DNA of 64,000 nt from Simkania sp. Lineage in GTDB: Bacteria > Chlamydiota > Chlamydiia > Chlamydiales > Rhabdochlamydiaceae. Location: the NCBI GenBank assembly GCA_018333475.1, contig JAGXTH010000021.1:4723-68722 (forward strand). Reading direction: 5' to 3'. The stretch's first letter is position 1; each line of letters opens with the position of its first letter. The position numbers were made by a program, and so were the translations under genes. Under the pieces are notes generated by a model, which did no database searches, was not told the origin of the DNA, and was given only the letters and a program-made list of their open reading frames with translations. This document shows positions 55,638 through 64,000 of the stretch, in pieces.

Positions 55638-56286
55638 GTATTCAAAAAGAGTCCATTTCTTCGATCTCGATCGAACGATCATCGAGCAAAACACGAGTGT
55701 TGCTTTCTGTCGTTACCTTTGCGATCGAGGTATCTTACCGCGTGTAGCTCTAATACAGTCCTTCTTAATAGGATGGCGGGCTAAGGTAATGCGCCATACC
55801 TTAGATGAGATGCACGCTGTGCTTTTCAAAAGGGTTCTTAAGGGTGTTCGACTGTCCGATCTTGAAAATGCAGTAGATGACTTTTTACGGTGTTTTTTAT
55901 GGGCCTCTATATACCCGCCAGTATTTTCTATTCTTAGAAGGCAACAGCATCTAGGTGCTGTAGTAGTCATTATGTCTAGTTCTCCTACATTTCTTGTTCA
56001 AAAAATTGCAGATCAATTTGGTGTCGACCTGTGGATGGGTACTGAGTATGAAGTAGACGTGCATGGTCGTCTCATAGGAATAAAGCAATTTCTAGACGGG
56101 AGTAAAAAAGCGCAGGGCCTTCAGGGCCTTTCTAAGGAATATGGATGGCGGCTTGAGGAGACGAAAGCGTATTCCGACAGTTACCATGATTTACCCTTTT
56201 TACTTACTGCTGGAAATGCAGCTGCAGTCAATCCTGATCATCGTCTTCGTCTATTAGCACGGCAACGTCGATGGGAGATTTTGTGA
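55621..56286 (+). CDS. HAD-IB family hydrolase (SerB-like fold)
   Basis: FFDLDRTII (DxDxT motif I), MSSSP (motif II) and a late YSDSYHDLP block. Confidence 0.7.
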   Translation: MSLRSEYSKRVHFFDLDRTIIEQNTSVAFCRYLCDRGILPRVALIQSFLIGWRAKVMRHTLDEMHAVLFKRVLKGVRLSDLENAVDDFLRCFLWASIYPPVFSILRRQQHLGAVVVIMSSSPTFLVQKIADQFGVDLWMGTEYEVDVHGRLIGIKQFLDGSKKAQGLQGLSKEYGWRLEETKAYSDSYHDLPFLLTAGNAAAVNPDHRLRLLARQRRWEIL

Positions 56287-56870
56287 AGCATATTGGATTT
56301 TTAGGAGGTACATTTGACCCGATCCATTTTGGTCACATTCACTTAGGTATTTCTTTACAGGAGGCGCATGGGCTTGATGAAGTCATTGTTTGCCCAACGG
56401 CATGCTCACCTCTAAAAAAATCTTTACCTAAAGATGGAAAGCATCGACTTGAGATGATTCGTTTGGCCATTACTGAAATTCCTCATTGGCATCTTCTTGA
56501 CTGGGAGGTAAAACAGAGCCCTCCCTCGTATACAATTGATACGATTCGGTATCTTTTAAAGAATGTTTATCACCAGGGCGATGTGCAAATGCATCTTCTT
56601 ATTGCTGAAGATGCATTGGATAATTTGATGAGATGGAAGGAGATTCAAGAGCTTTTGGAGATAGCCCCCCCCCTTATTGGGTGTCGCGACTCTTTAAGGC
56701 AACGACACGATTTTATTTTAAGTTCTAAGGTGCAAGCTGGAATAACTAATACTAAGGTATTGGAAATCAGTGCTACGGAAATCAGAGACCGGCTCAAAAA
56801 AGGACTTTACTGTGGCCACTTAGTACCGGCAAAAGTCCTAGACTACATTACTCTTCATCAATTATACTAA
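56271..56870 (+). CDS. nadD: Nicotinate-nucleotide adenylyltransferase
   Basis: GGTFDPIHFGH (HxGH) and ISATEIR motifs. Confidence 0.85.
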   Translation: MGDFVKHIGFLGGTFDPIHFGHIHLGISLQEAHGLDEVIVCPTACSPLKKSLPKDGKHRLEMIRLAITEIPHWHLLDWEVKQSPPSYTIDTIRYLLKNVYHQGDVQMHLLIAEDALDNLMRWKEIQELLEIAPPLIGCRDSLRQRHDFILSSKVQAGITNTKVLEISATEIRDRLKKGLYCGHLVPAKVLDYITLHQLY

Positions 56871-56880
56871 CTGCCTATTT

Positions 56881-57255
56881 ATGCTAAAAAACGACCAATC
56901 GCTGCTTGATGCGATAGCTCAGGCTATTTTTGACAAAAAGGGATCGAATATTCTAGCTCTCGATTTACGAGGGATTTCAGGACTTGTCGATTTTGTTGTG
57001 ATTGCAGATGGAAATGTTGATCGACATGTGATTGCCATTGCTACTGCTGTGAAACAGGCCCTAGATGAATTGGGCATGAAACCTTTACATGTTGAAGGCT
57101 TACAAACCGGTGACTGGGTTGTTCTTGATTATATGCATGTGATGGTTCATCTCTTCATGCCAGGCTTGCGCGATAAATACCAGCTTGAAAAGCTATGGCG
57201 CGATGGAGAGATAGTGGACCTCCATATTGAGACCAGTCAAGTTTCTATGAGTTGA
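56881..57255 (+). CDS. rsfS: Ribosome silencing factor RsfS (iojap/YbeB)
   Basis: 124 aa with DFVVIADGNVDRHVIAIA...WVVLDYMHVMVHLF...YQLEKLW blocks. Confidence 0.85.
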   Translation: MLKNDQSLLDAIAQAIFDKKGSNILALDLRGISGLVDFVVIADGNVDRHVIAIATAVKQALDELGMKPLHVEGLQTGDWVVLDYMHVMVHLFMPGLRDKYQLEKLWRDGEIVDLHIETSQVSMS

Positions 57256-57281
57256 GGATATAGAGAAGAAAGAGGATCATT

Positions 57282-58544
57282 ATGAATCAAAGACGACGCG
57301 TTGTAGTGACGGGGATGGGTATCGTCTCCTGCTTCGGTAATGATGTCGATCAATTCTATCAACAACTTCTTGAGGGAAAAAGCGGGGCAGTTCCTATCGA
57401 AGAATTCCCTTGTCAAGAGTACCCAACACGATTTGCAGCGCCAGTGCGCAATTTTGATCCAGGAGAGTACATGGACAAAAAACAAGCGCGTCGTGTGGAT
57501 CGTTTCGTTAGCTATGCGGTAGTGGCAGGAAAGAAAGCTCTTGAATATGCAGCTCTTGATATTGCAACCCTAGACAAAGAACGTTGTGGAATTCTCATTG
57601 GCTCCGGTATGGGCGGCATGGGGATGTTCTCTGAAGGTGTTGAAACGCTGATCACTAAAGGATTTCGTAGGCTGACTCCTTTTTTTGTCCCTTATATCAT
57701 CACCAATATCGCCGGTGCGATTCTCGCTATCGATCTTGGCTTTATGGGCCCCAATTATTCCATTTCCACAGCTTGTGCTACGGCTAGCCATTGTATATAT
57801 TCTGCAGCCAAGCATATTCGTGATGGGGAAGCGGATCTGATGATTTGTGGCGGGTCAGAATCGCCAATCACTCCCATTGGATTAGCTGGGTTTGTTGCTT
57901 GCAAAGCTCTCTCTGAACGCAACGATGCTCCTGAAAAAGCATGTCGGCCTTGGGATAAGAATCGCGACGGGTTTGTCATGGGTGAAGGGGCCGGGGTTCT
58001 TGTACTAGAAAGCTTAGAACATGCTCAGGCTCGAGGTGCTACAATCCTTGCTGAATATTTGGGTGGTGCCATTTCTTGTGATGCCTTCCATATTACAAGT
58101 CCCTGGGAGGATGGTAGAGGTGTATCCGTTTGCATGGAGAATGCTATCCGAAATGCTGGAGTACACAAAGAACAGATTAATTACATCAATGCTCATGGAA
58201 CTTCCACTCCGACAGGAGATTTATGTGAAGTACGCGCTGTAAAGCAGGTGTTCGGTGAGCATTCAAGTCAGTTGTTTATGAACGCTACGAAATCGATGAC
58301 AGGGCACTGTTTAGGCGCGGCAGGGGGCGTTGAAGCTATTGCTACTCTTAAAGCGATCGAAACAGGTATGCTTCACCCTACGATTAATATAGACGATCCT
58401 GAAGAAGAGCTTACAGGTATTGATATTGTGGCTCATCATTCCAAACCTTGTAAGGTAAATATTGCAATGTCCAATTCCTTTGGATTTGGTGGACACAACT
58501 GTTCCTTGCTTTTTGCTCCTTATCGAGCAGTTCCAGCAGCATGA
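57282..58544 (+). CDS. fabF: 3-oxoacyl-ACP synthase II
   Basis: RVVVTGMG, ISTACATASH (active-site Cys), INAHGTSTP, SMTGHCLGAAG, NSFGFGGHN. Confidence 0.92.
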   Translation: MNQRRRVVVTGMGIVSCFGNDVDQFYQQLLEGKSGAVPIEEFPCQEYPTRFAAPVRNFDPGEYMDKKQARRVDRFVSYAVVAGKKALEYAALDIATLDKERCGILIGSGMGGMGMFSEGVETLITKGFRRLTPFFVPYIITNIAGAILAIDLGFMGPNYSISTACATASHCIYSAAKHIRDGEADLMICGGSESPITPIGLAGFVACKALSERNDAPEKACRPWDKNRDGFVMGEGAGVLVLESLEHAQARGATILAEYLGGAISCDAFHITSPWEDGRGVSVCMENAIRNAGVHKEQINYINAHGTSTPTGDLCEVRAVKQVFGEHSSQLFMNATKSMTGHCLGAAGGVEAIATLKAIETGMLHPTINIDDPEEELTGIDIVAHHSKPCKVNIAMSNSFGFGGHNCSLLFAPYRAVPAA

Positions 58545-58957
58545 TTGCGCTGATTGAATCTTTTGGGGTAATTCCTCTACAAAAAACAGAGGAAGGATGG
58601 AAAGTTTTTCTGATCCTTCACAAGGAAGGACATCATTGGGGGTTTCCAAAAGGGCGAAAACACCCAGGTGAAGAGCCTTTACAGGCGGCTCAAAGGGAAC
58701 TCTTCGAAGAAACTGGCTTGAGTATCGTTAAACTCCTTTCCCCGGACCCTCTTGTTGAAGACTATAGTTTTCGGCAGCAACGGAAGCTTCGACGTAAAAG
58801 AGTATATTATTTTATTGCTGAAGTGGGTGGGGAAATCCGCTTACAGCCTGAAGAAATCCGTGAGGGAAAATGGTCCCTACTTTCTAAAGCTGCCGAAGTT
58901 CTTACTTTCTTGGAAGCTAGATCTATCTGTGATCACATTCTCAAATATTTAACTTGA
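58541..58957 (+). CDS. NUDIX hydrolase
   Basis: Nudix box GFPKGRKHPGEEPLQAAQRELFEETG. Confidence 0.82.
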   Translation: MIALIESFGVIPLQKTEEGWKVFLILHKEGHHWGFPKGRKHPGEEPLQAAQRELFEETGLSIVKLLSPDPLVEDYSFRQQRKLRRKRVYYFIAEVGGEIRLQPEEIREGKWSLLSKAAEVLTFLEARSICDHILKYLT

Positions 58958-59049
58958 ATTGCTGTATTCGAGTCAGGCCAATTTTTTCAGGACTTTCTTG
59001 TGGATGATGTGGTATGATCGCCGTTTCGTTCTCAAATTAGGAGGAAACC

Positions 59050-59616
59050 ATGTCGACCCTAACGCAGATTGAACAACGATACCCTATACAAAATTCTTGG
59101 TGCGCTCGTGATGCATTGATGATTGTGGCTGCGAGCCTTCTGATCTCGCTTTGTGCTCCTATCGCTATTCCCTTACCCTTCACACCAGTTCCTTTAGCTA
59201 TTCAAGCTCAGGTATGCCTCTTTTTTGGAGTTTTGCTAGGTAGTAAGCGTATTGCACTTGCCGTGATGGGATTCCTTCTACAAGGAGCTTGTGGATTACC
59301 CGTATTTGCTAAGGGAGCTACTGGCTTAGCGTACCTTTTTGGTCCTACAGGGGGCTATTTATTGGGATATCTTTTGGGTGCTTTCATTACTGGATACCTT
59401 GTTGAGAAAAAAACAGGTGAACGCACAATGAGAAGCGTATTTTTAGCTATGGCAGCGGGGAATCTTGTTATCTTTGTATTAGGATGGTTGCAGCTGAGTC
59501 GCTTCATCGGCATGAATTCTGCGGTGATCCTGGGAGTTCTTCCTTTCTTACTAGGGGATTTTCTAAAACTTTGCTTTGCTGGACGCTTTCTTAAAACCTT
59601 AAAAATTTGTCGCTGA
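59050..59616 (+). CDS. bioY: Biotin transporter BioY
   Basis: 188 aa with about 6 TM segments. PFTPVPLAIQAQV...GLPVFAKG..GLAYLFGPTGGYLLGY is typical of BioY. Confidence 0.8.
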   Translation: MSTLTQIEQRYPIQNSWCARDALMIVAASLLISLCAPIAIPLPFTPVPLAIQAQVCLFFGVLLGSKRIALAVMGFLLQGACGLPVFAKGATGLAYLFGPTGGYLLGYLLGAFITGYLVEKKTGERTMRSVFLAMAAGNLVIFVLGWLQLSRFIGMNSAVILGVLPFLLGDFLKLCFAGRFLKTLKICR

Positions 59617-59947
59617 AATTACGTAGTCCGGCTGGCAGGGTTTGAGAAATAGAGTGGGGCTTGGGCGAATACACTGCAGCTCTTCTGATGCCTTCTACAG
59701 CAGCAGAGCATACTTTGAACATGCGGGTATAGAGCTGTGTTTTTTGTACTACATGGGCAGCAACCCGCTCCGTTTTACTTTTATTAGGCGAGGGATGCCA
59801 GCTAGCTTGAAAGTTGCATTTTTCTCCATTAGAAGGGGAACTATAAATCCTGGGAAGAATCCTTGAACTTTCTTTACTTACCTCATTGGCCATAGTACGT
59901 AGCTCTTGTATGGCAGGGCTAGATGGTGTGTTGACTCGCATAGACAT
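59591..59947 (-). CDS. Hypothetical protein
   Basis: 118-aa ORF; overlaps the bioY 3' end by 26 nt. No homology recognised; coding status uncertain. Confidence 0.3.
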   Translation of the reverse strand: MSMRVNTPSSPAIQELRTMANEVSKESSRILPRIYSSPSNGEKCNFQASWHPSPNKSKTERVAAHVVQKTQLYTRMFKVCSAAVEGIRRAAVYSPKPHSISQTLPAGLRNFSDKFLRF

Positions 59948-60087
59948 ATGTCTGCTCCTTAAGGGAAACGGTATTATATGTTTATTTACAACAACCCGCT
60001 ATTTTTTGGCATGTTTCAAAATTCCATAACAATTAATTAATAAGATTTCAAAAAGATAAAAGTAGTGGGGCTCTATGCGTATTCAAA

Positions 60088-60130
60088 GTAGATGTTCACC
60101 TCGCGCCGAAGGCGGGAGGTGAACATCTAC
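60088..60130 (-). terminator. GC-rich hairpin, probable intrinsic terminator for the 60160-60390 gene
   Basis: Arms GTAGATGTTCACCTC / GAGGTGAACATCTAC (15 bp, perfect), extendable into the loop (GCGCC GAA GGCGG). On the minus strand it lies 30 nt after the stop and is followed by TTTGAAT, a weak U-tract. Confidence 0.5.
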
Positions 60131-60159
60131 CTCACGAACCTCCGTTCCACACTAAAAAT

Positions 60160-60390
60160 TCAGGTTTTTATGTCTGGTTTTTGCAAGCGGAGCATCTGAG
60201 CTATCGATTCAATTTTATTGTAGAGACTCGTATCTGTCTCCTGTTTCCACTGTTTCGGAGCTTTCGTAGATTTTTCGTGAACATAGGAATTAAGCATTTT
60301 GGCTACTTTACTCACAGTGGCCGGCATCGAAGGTTTAGAAACCTTATTAGCGGTTTTTGGAGGAATTTGGGAGAGGGGGTCTAAATCCAT
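60160..60390 (-). CDS. Small hypothetical protein
   Basis: 76-aa Lys/Ser/Pro-rich ORF followed by a hairpin. No homology recognised. Confidence 0.35.
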   Translation of the reverse strand: MDLDPLSQIPPKTANKVSKPSMPATVSKVAKMLNSYVHEKSTKAPKQWKQETDTSLYNKIESIAQMLRLQKPDIKT

Positions 60391-60450
60391 AGTGCTTCTT
60401 CTGTTTCTTTTATTTGCACTATAGCGGAGTTCATTTTAAATTGAAGAAAT

Positions 60451-63156
60451 ATGAAAACAGCTCTCTCTTACCTCGTTTATTGGTTTCTCAAAATCACACT
60501 TTCTCTGCGCTATAAGATTACGGTTCGCGGCTTGGAAGATGTACTCCAACAATTGCCCGATAAAAAAGGGTTATTGGTTTTACCTAACCACGTTGCTGAG
60601 ATTGATCCAGTTTTGCTTATGCTAGCTTTGTGGTTTCGACTCCGTCCTAGGCCTATTGTTGTTGAGGACTTTTTTTATATGCGTGGGGTCCATTTTTTTA
60701 TGGACGTCGTGGAAGCTCTTCCTTGTCCTAATATGGGGGTCACAGTAAACCAGTGGAAACTTAAAAAACTCAAGAAGTTGCAAGGGATTATCGTTAGTAA
60801 GCTCAAGGAGGGAGAGAGATTTCTCATTTACCCTTCAGGGAAACTTAAAGCAACTTCTCAGGAAATTCTTGGTGGAGCTTCATTTGTTCCAGCTATTTTA
60901 GCAGAAGTTCCCGATCTTCCTGTTTTAATGGTGCGTTCCACTGGACTTTGGGGTAGTCAGTTTTCTACAGCACTCACTGGTAAGGTGCCCGTTTTTTGGA
61001 AGATTTTAGTACGTGGTATCAAGACAGGTTTTAAGAACTTAATCTTTTTCTCTCCAAGAAGACATGTCCTTATCGAATGTCAACTAGCGCCAAGAGAATT
61101 CTATGCTTTAAAAGAACGACAAGCCATCAATCGGTTTCTTGAAGCGTGGTATAATGACGCAAATCATGGACAAGGGGATCAACTTACACTTGTTCCCTAT
61201 TCGATGTGGAATCGAGAGCTGCCTCAGGTGTTTGCCCAACTAAAGAAGAAGGAGCACGCGGATACCGCTCTTCTTTCAGAAGAAAAAAGAAAGAAGATTT
61301 TTACACGCATTGCTGAATTATCAGGTTGTTTACCTGAAAATATTCGGCCAGAGCAAGAGTTGCTTCGAGACTTAGGTCTGGATTCCTTAGATATAGCACA
61401 ATTGGTTGTTTTTCTTGATGAACGATTCCATGTCAAAGAGATATCTCCTACGGAACTCGAAAAGGTCTCTGATCTTATTACAGCTGTATTAAAAAGAGCT
61501 CATCAAGAGGTGAGCATAGAGGCATTGCCAGAGATCATTCGACCTCGTCTTAAAGCAGAGCCTCGCCGTCCTCTTCCGATGTCTCCAGAAGGAAAGACAG
61601 TGCCGGAGTCCTTTTTACTCTCTTGCAGCCGCATGGGACGTGCAACAGCTTGTGTGGATTCCTCGTCTGGGGTATTCAGTTATAAACGTCTTAAAATTAG
61701 CGCTTTGATTTTAGCGGAAAAGATACAAAAAATGCCCGGAGAATATGTCGGGATTCTTTTGCCTTCTAGCGTCGGAGCGTATTTGTCTATTTTGGCAGTG
61801 CAGCTTGCTGGGAAAATTCCAGTGATGCTCAATTGGACAGCAGGAGTCAAAGCTCTTGACCATGCCGCAGAGGTTACCCAGCTACAGACGGTCATCAGTT
61901 CGATCAAATTTCTGACGCGTTTAAAAGATCTCGAGATGGGTGTTATAGAAGATCGGATCGTTTTGTTAGAGGATCTTCGTCATGAGATCAAACTGAAAGA
62001 TCAGTGGAAAGGAGTATGGCAATCCTATAAGAGCACAGAAACTCTTCTTAAAGAGTTAGCTTTGAGCCACCGTCAAGCTCAAGATGTTGCTGTGGTCCTT
62101 TTTACTAGCGGAACAGAAGCTTTACCAAAAGGGGTGCCTCTTTCTCATAAAAATCTTCTGAGCAATCAAAGCGCTGCGATGAAGAGTGTTGGTTTTGAAA
62201 GAGGTGATCTTCTTTACGGTGTTTTGCCACCATTCCATTCCTTTGGATTTTCTGTGACAGGCCTTCTTCCTCTTCTTTCAGGTCTTAAGGTTGCGTATGC
62301 TCCAGATCCAACGGATAATCATAGGATGACGCACGATATCGAGGCTTATCATGCAACGTTATTTTGTTGTGCTCCAAGCTTTATCCGAGGAGTTTTTCGA
62401 GTTGCAGAGCCGTCTCAGTTAAAAACACTCAGATTAGTTGTCTCAGGCGCAGAAAAAACCCCCAAACAACTATTTGAGAAAGTGAACAATTTGGGTACAG
62501 GGGCACAACTTCTTGAGGGGTATGGTATCACCGAATGCAGTCCTATTGTTACATTGTGTCGTCCCAATGAACCAAGAGTCGGTGTTGGCAAACCTTTAGA
62601 AGGAATCGAATTGTGCATTATTCAGCCAGAATCAGGTCAAATTCTTTCTCAAGGGGTGCAAGGAGAGGTGTGTATTCATGGTCCCAACGTATTCGATGGA
62701 TATCTAGGAATTAAGAGAAACCCTTTTATTGAACTTGCAGGAAAACGTTGGTACCGCTCAGGGGATTTAGGGTTTATTGCTCCTGATGGCTCTTTAGTTC
62801 TCGCTGGACGGCTTAAAAGATTTGTCAAAATCGGTGGTGAAATGATTAGTCTGGGAGGATTGGAAGAGGAACTCCAGGAAATCATTAAAGAAAATCGATG
62901 GAATCATCTTCCAGAGCATGTAACCGAACTTAAAGGACCTTCTTTGGCTTTATGCGCCGTAGAAAAGGAGGGAGAAAAAACCCATCTCATCTTATTTAGT
63001 GTATATGAGTTAGAGCGTGACCAGATTAATATAGCATTAAAGCGACGTGGTTATGGTAATCTCGTTCGGCTTAGCGAAACAAAAACAATCCATGAAATTC
63101 CCTTGACGGGCACTGGAAAAACACATTATCGTTCCCTGGAACAATCGCTTTTATGA
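60451..63156 (+). CDS. aas: Aas-like trifunctional protein: lysophospholipid acyltransferase, acyl-carrier domain, and acyl-ACP synthetase (AMP-binding)
   Basis: PNHVAEIDP (HX4D acyltransferase motif), [11 protein letters not shown] (phosphopantetheine attachment-type DSL), [13 protein letters not shown] and GYGITE / GDLG AMP-binding motifs. Confidence 0.82.
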   Translation: MKTALSYLVYWFLKITLSLRYKITVRGLEDVLQQLPDKKGLLVLPNHVAEIDPVLLMLALWFRLRPRPIVVEDFFYMRGVHFFMDVVEALPCPNMGVTVNQWKLKKLKKLQGIIVSKLKEGERFLIYPSGKLKATSQEILGGASFVPAILAEVPDLPVLMVRSTGLWGSQFSTALTGKVPVFWKILVRGIKTGFKNLIFFSPRRHVLIECQLAPREFYALKERQAINRFLEAWYNDANHGQGDQLTLVPYSMWNRELPQVFAQLKKKEHADTALLSEEKRKKIFTRIAELSGCLPENIRPEQELLRDLGLDSLDIAQLVVFLDERFHVKEISPTELEKVSDLITAVLKRAHQEVSIEALPEIIRPRLKAEPRRPLPMSPEGKTVPESFLLSCSRMGRATACVDSSSGVFSYKRLKISALILAEKIQKMPGEYVGILLPSSVGAYLSILAVQLAGKIPVMLNWTAGVKALDHAAEVTQLQTVISSIKFLTRLKDLEMGVIEDRIVLLEDLRHEIKLKDQWKGVWQSYKSTETLLKELALSHRQAQDVAVVLFTSGTEALPKGVPLSHKNLLSNQSAAMKSVGFERGDLLYGVLPPFHSFGFSVTGLLPLLSGLKVAYAPDPTDNHRMTHDIEAYHATLFCCAPSFIRGVFRVAEPSQLKTLRLVVSGAEKTPKQLFEKVNNLGTGAQLLEGYGITECSPIVTLCRPNEPRVGVGKPLEGIELCIIQPESGQILSQGVQGEVCIHGPNVFDGYLGIKRNPFIELAGKRWYRSGDLGFIAPDGSLVLAGRLKRFVKIGGEMISLGGLEEELQEIIKENRWNHLPEHVTELKGPSLALCAVEKEGEKTHLILFSVYELERDQINIALKRRGYGNLVRLSETKTIHEIPLTGTGKTHYRSLEQSLL

Positions 63157-64000
63157 CAACTCGACTTAAACTTTTTAATACAGAATCACGCTCTCTAGAA
63201 GAGGTTATCCCTCTTAATGGAAATACGGTAAGAATCTATACTTGTGGACCTACTGTCTACAATTTTGCTCATATTGGTAATTTTCGTACGTATATTTTTG
63301 AAGATGTTTTATGCCGAACGATTAAGTTTTTTGGCATGGAAGTACGACAGGTAATGAATTTAACCGATATCGATGACAAAACCCTTCATGGTGCGATTGA
63401 AAAAGGGATCTCACTCGAAGCCTTCACTAAACCTTATAAAGAAGCATTCTTTCAAGATATTGCTGCCTTAGGTATCGAAAAAGCGGAAACCTACCCGGAA
63501 GCTACAGCCTTTATCCCTTCCATGATGCAGCTCATTGAGGAACTCCTCAGTAAGGGTATTGCTTACCAGGGAGCAGATGGGAGTATTTATTTTGCCATTA
63601 GTAGGTTCCCATCCTATGGGAGGCTATCGCATTTACAACTAGATGAACTGAAGACTGGGGCATCGCAAAGGATGGCCGATGAATACGATAAGGAAAATGC
63701 GGCCGATTTTGTTCTTTGGAAGGCGTATGATCCAGTGCGGGATGGAAATATTTTTTGGGAAAGTCCTTTTGGGCCAGGAAGACCTGGGTGGCATATTGAA
63801 TGTTCAGCCATGGCCATGAGCATTTTGGGTGAAAGCATTGATATCCATGCAGGTGGAATCGATAATATGTTTCCACACCATGAAAATGAAATTGCACAGT
63901 CAGAAGCGTGTTCAGGACACCATTTTGTGCGGATTTGGGTGCATTCGGAACATTTGCTTGTCGATCATAAGAAGATGTCAAAAAGTCTTGGAAATTTTTA
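63153..64000 (+). CDS. cysS: Cysteine--tRNA ligase, 5' partial (runs off the window)
   Basis: Not in the ORF track because there is no stop in the window. My translation from the ATG at 63153 (ATGA overlap with the aas stop) gives [47 protein letters not shown]... (HIGN), and KMSKS appears at about 63970-63984. Confidence 0.9.
   Translation, partial: MTTRLKLFNTESRSLEEVIPLNGNTVRIYTCGPTVYNFAHIGNFRTYIFEDVLCRTIKFFGMEVRQVMNLTDIDDKTLHGAIEKGISLEAFTKPYKEAFFQDIAALGIEKAETYPEATAFIPSMMQLIEELLSKGIAYQGADGSIYFAISRFPSYGRLSHLQLDELKTGASQRMADEYDKENAADFVLWKAYDPVRDGNIFWESPFGPGRPGWHIECSAMAMSILGESIDIHAGGIDNMFPHHENEIAQSEACSGHHFVRIWVHSEHLLVDHKKMSKSLGNF

Noticed and set aside
1-64000. CRISPR arrays, rRNA genes, or IS elements with transposases
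   Set aside because: No regularly spaced short direct repeats, no rRNA-like stretches beyond the isolated 13-mer at 53862-53874, and no transposase-like ORFs were seen. The only long repeats are the two palindromic elements and the integrase paralogs.

Overview
The window appears to be chromosomal DNA from a Chlamydiae-like bacterium, probably an environmental or Parachlamydiales-type lineage. That assignment is an inference. The right third (41.7-64 kb) carries murF-mraY-murD-LysM-ftsW-murG-murC-ftsQ-like, then rsbV-like, miaA, nadD, rsfS, fabF, NUDIX, bioY, aas and cysS. From memory, this is the gene order of Chlamydia trachomatis.

The left third (about 0-21.8 kb) is an integrase-bounded accessory region. 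It holds two paralogous tyrosine integrases, a 20-nt direct repeat, and a 3' fragment of tRNA-Met. Its cargo includes an AbiL-like AAA ATPase/RloB pair, a metallophosphoesterase and a TM0106-type RecB-like nuclease. It also carries the first candidate novel system: a tightly coupled four-gene operon (9833-19978). This encodes a ClpA/B-type AAA+ ATPase, an NrdG-like radical-SAM activase, and a 2078-aa fusion protein (Zn-ribbon, degenerate kinase, DUF4011, SF1 helicase, Vsr/DUF559-like nuclease), plus a coiled-coil protein.

The middle holds tag, an integrase remnant, a P-type cation ATPase, a decayed alpha-glucan phosphorylase and a CusCBA-type efflux operon. It also holds a second candidate system on the minus strand (33079-41262). 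This comprises an unknown 298-aa protein, two BrxD/DUF2791-like P-loop ATPases, and a giant SF2(Lhr-like)-Cas4-like nuclease-SF1 helicase fusion. The fusion's Walker A motif lies upstream of any canonical start codon.

Two copies of a roughly 150-165 bp palindromic (MITE/REP-like) element sit in intergenic gaps of the dcw cluster. One has perfect 70-bp arms. I found no rRNA, no intact tRNA, no CRISPR array and no phage structural genes. All functional calls rest on motif recognition by eye. No database search was run.
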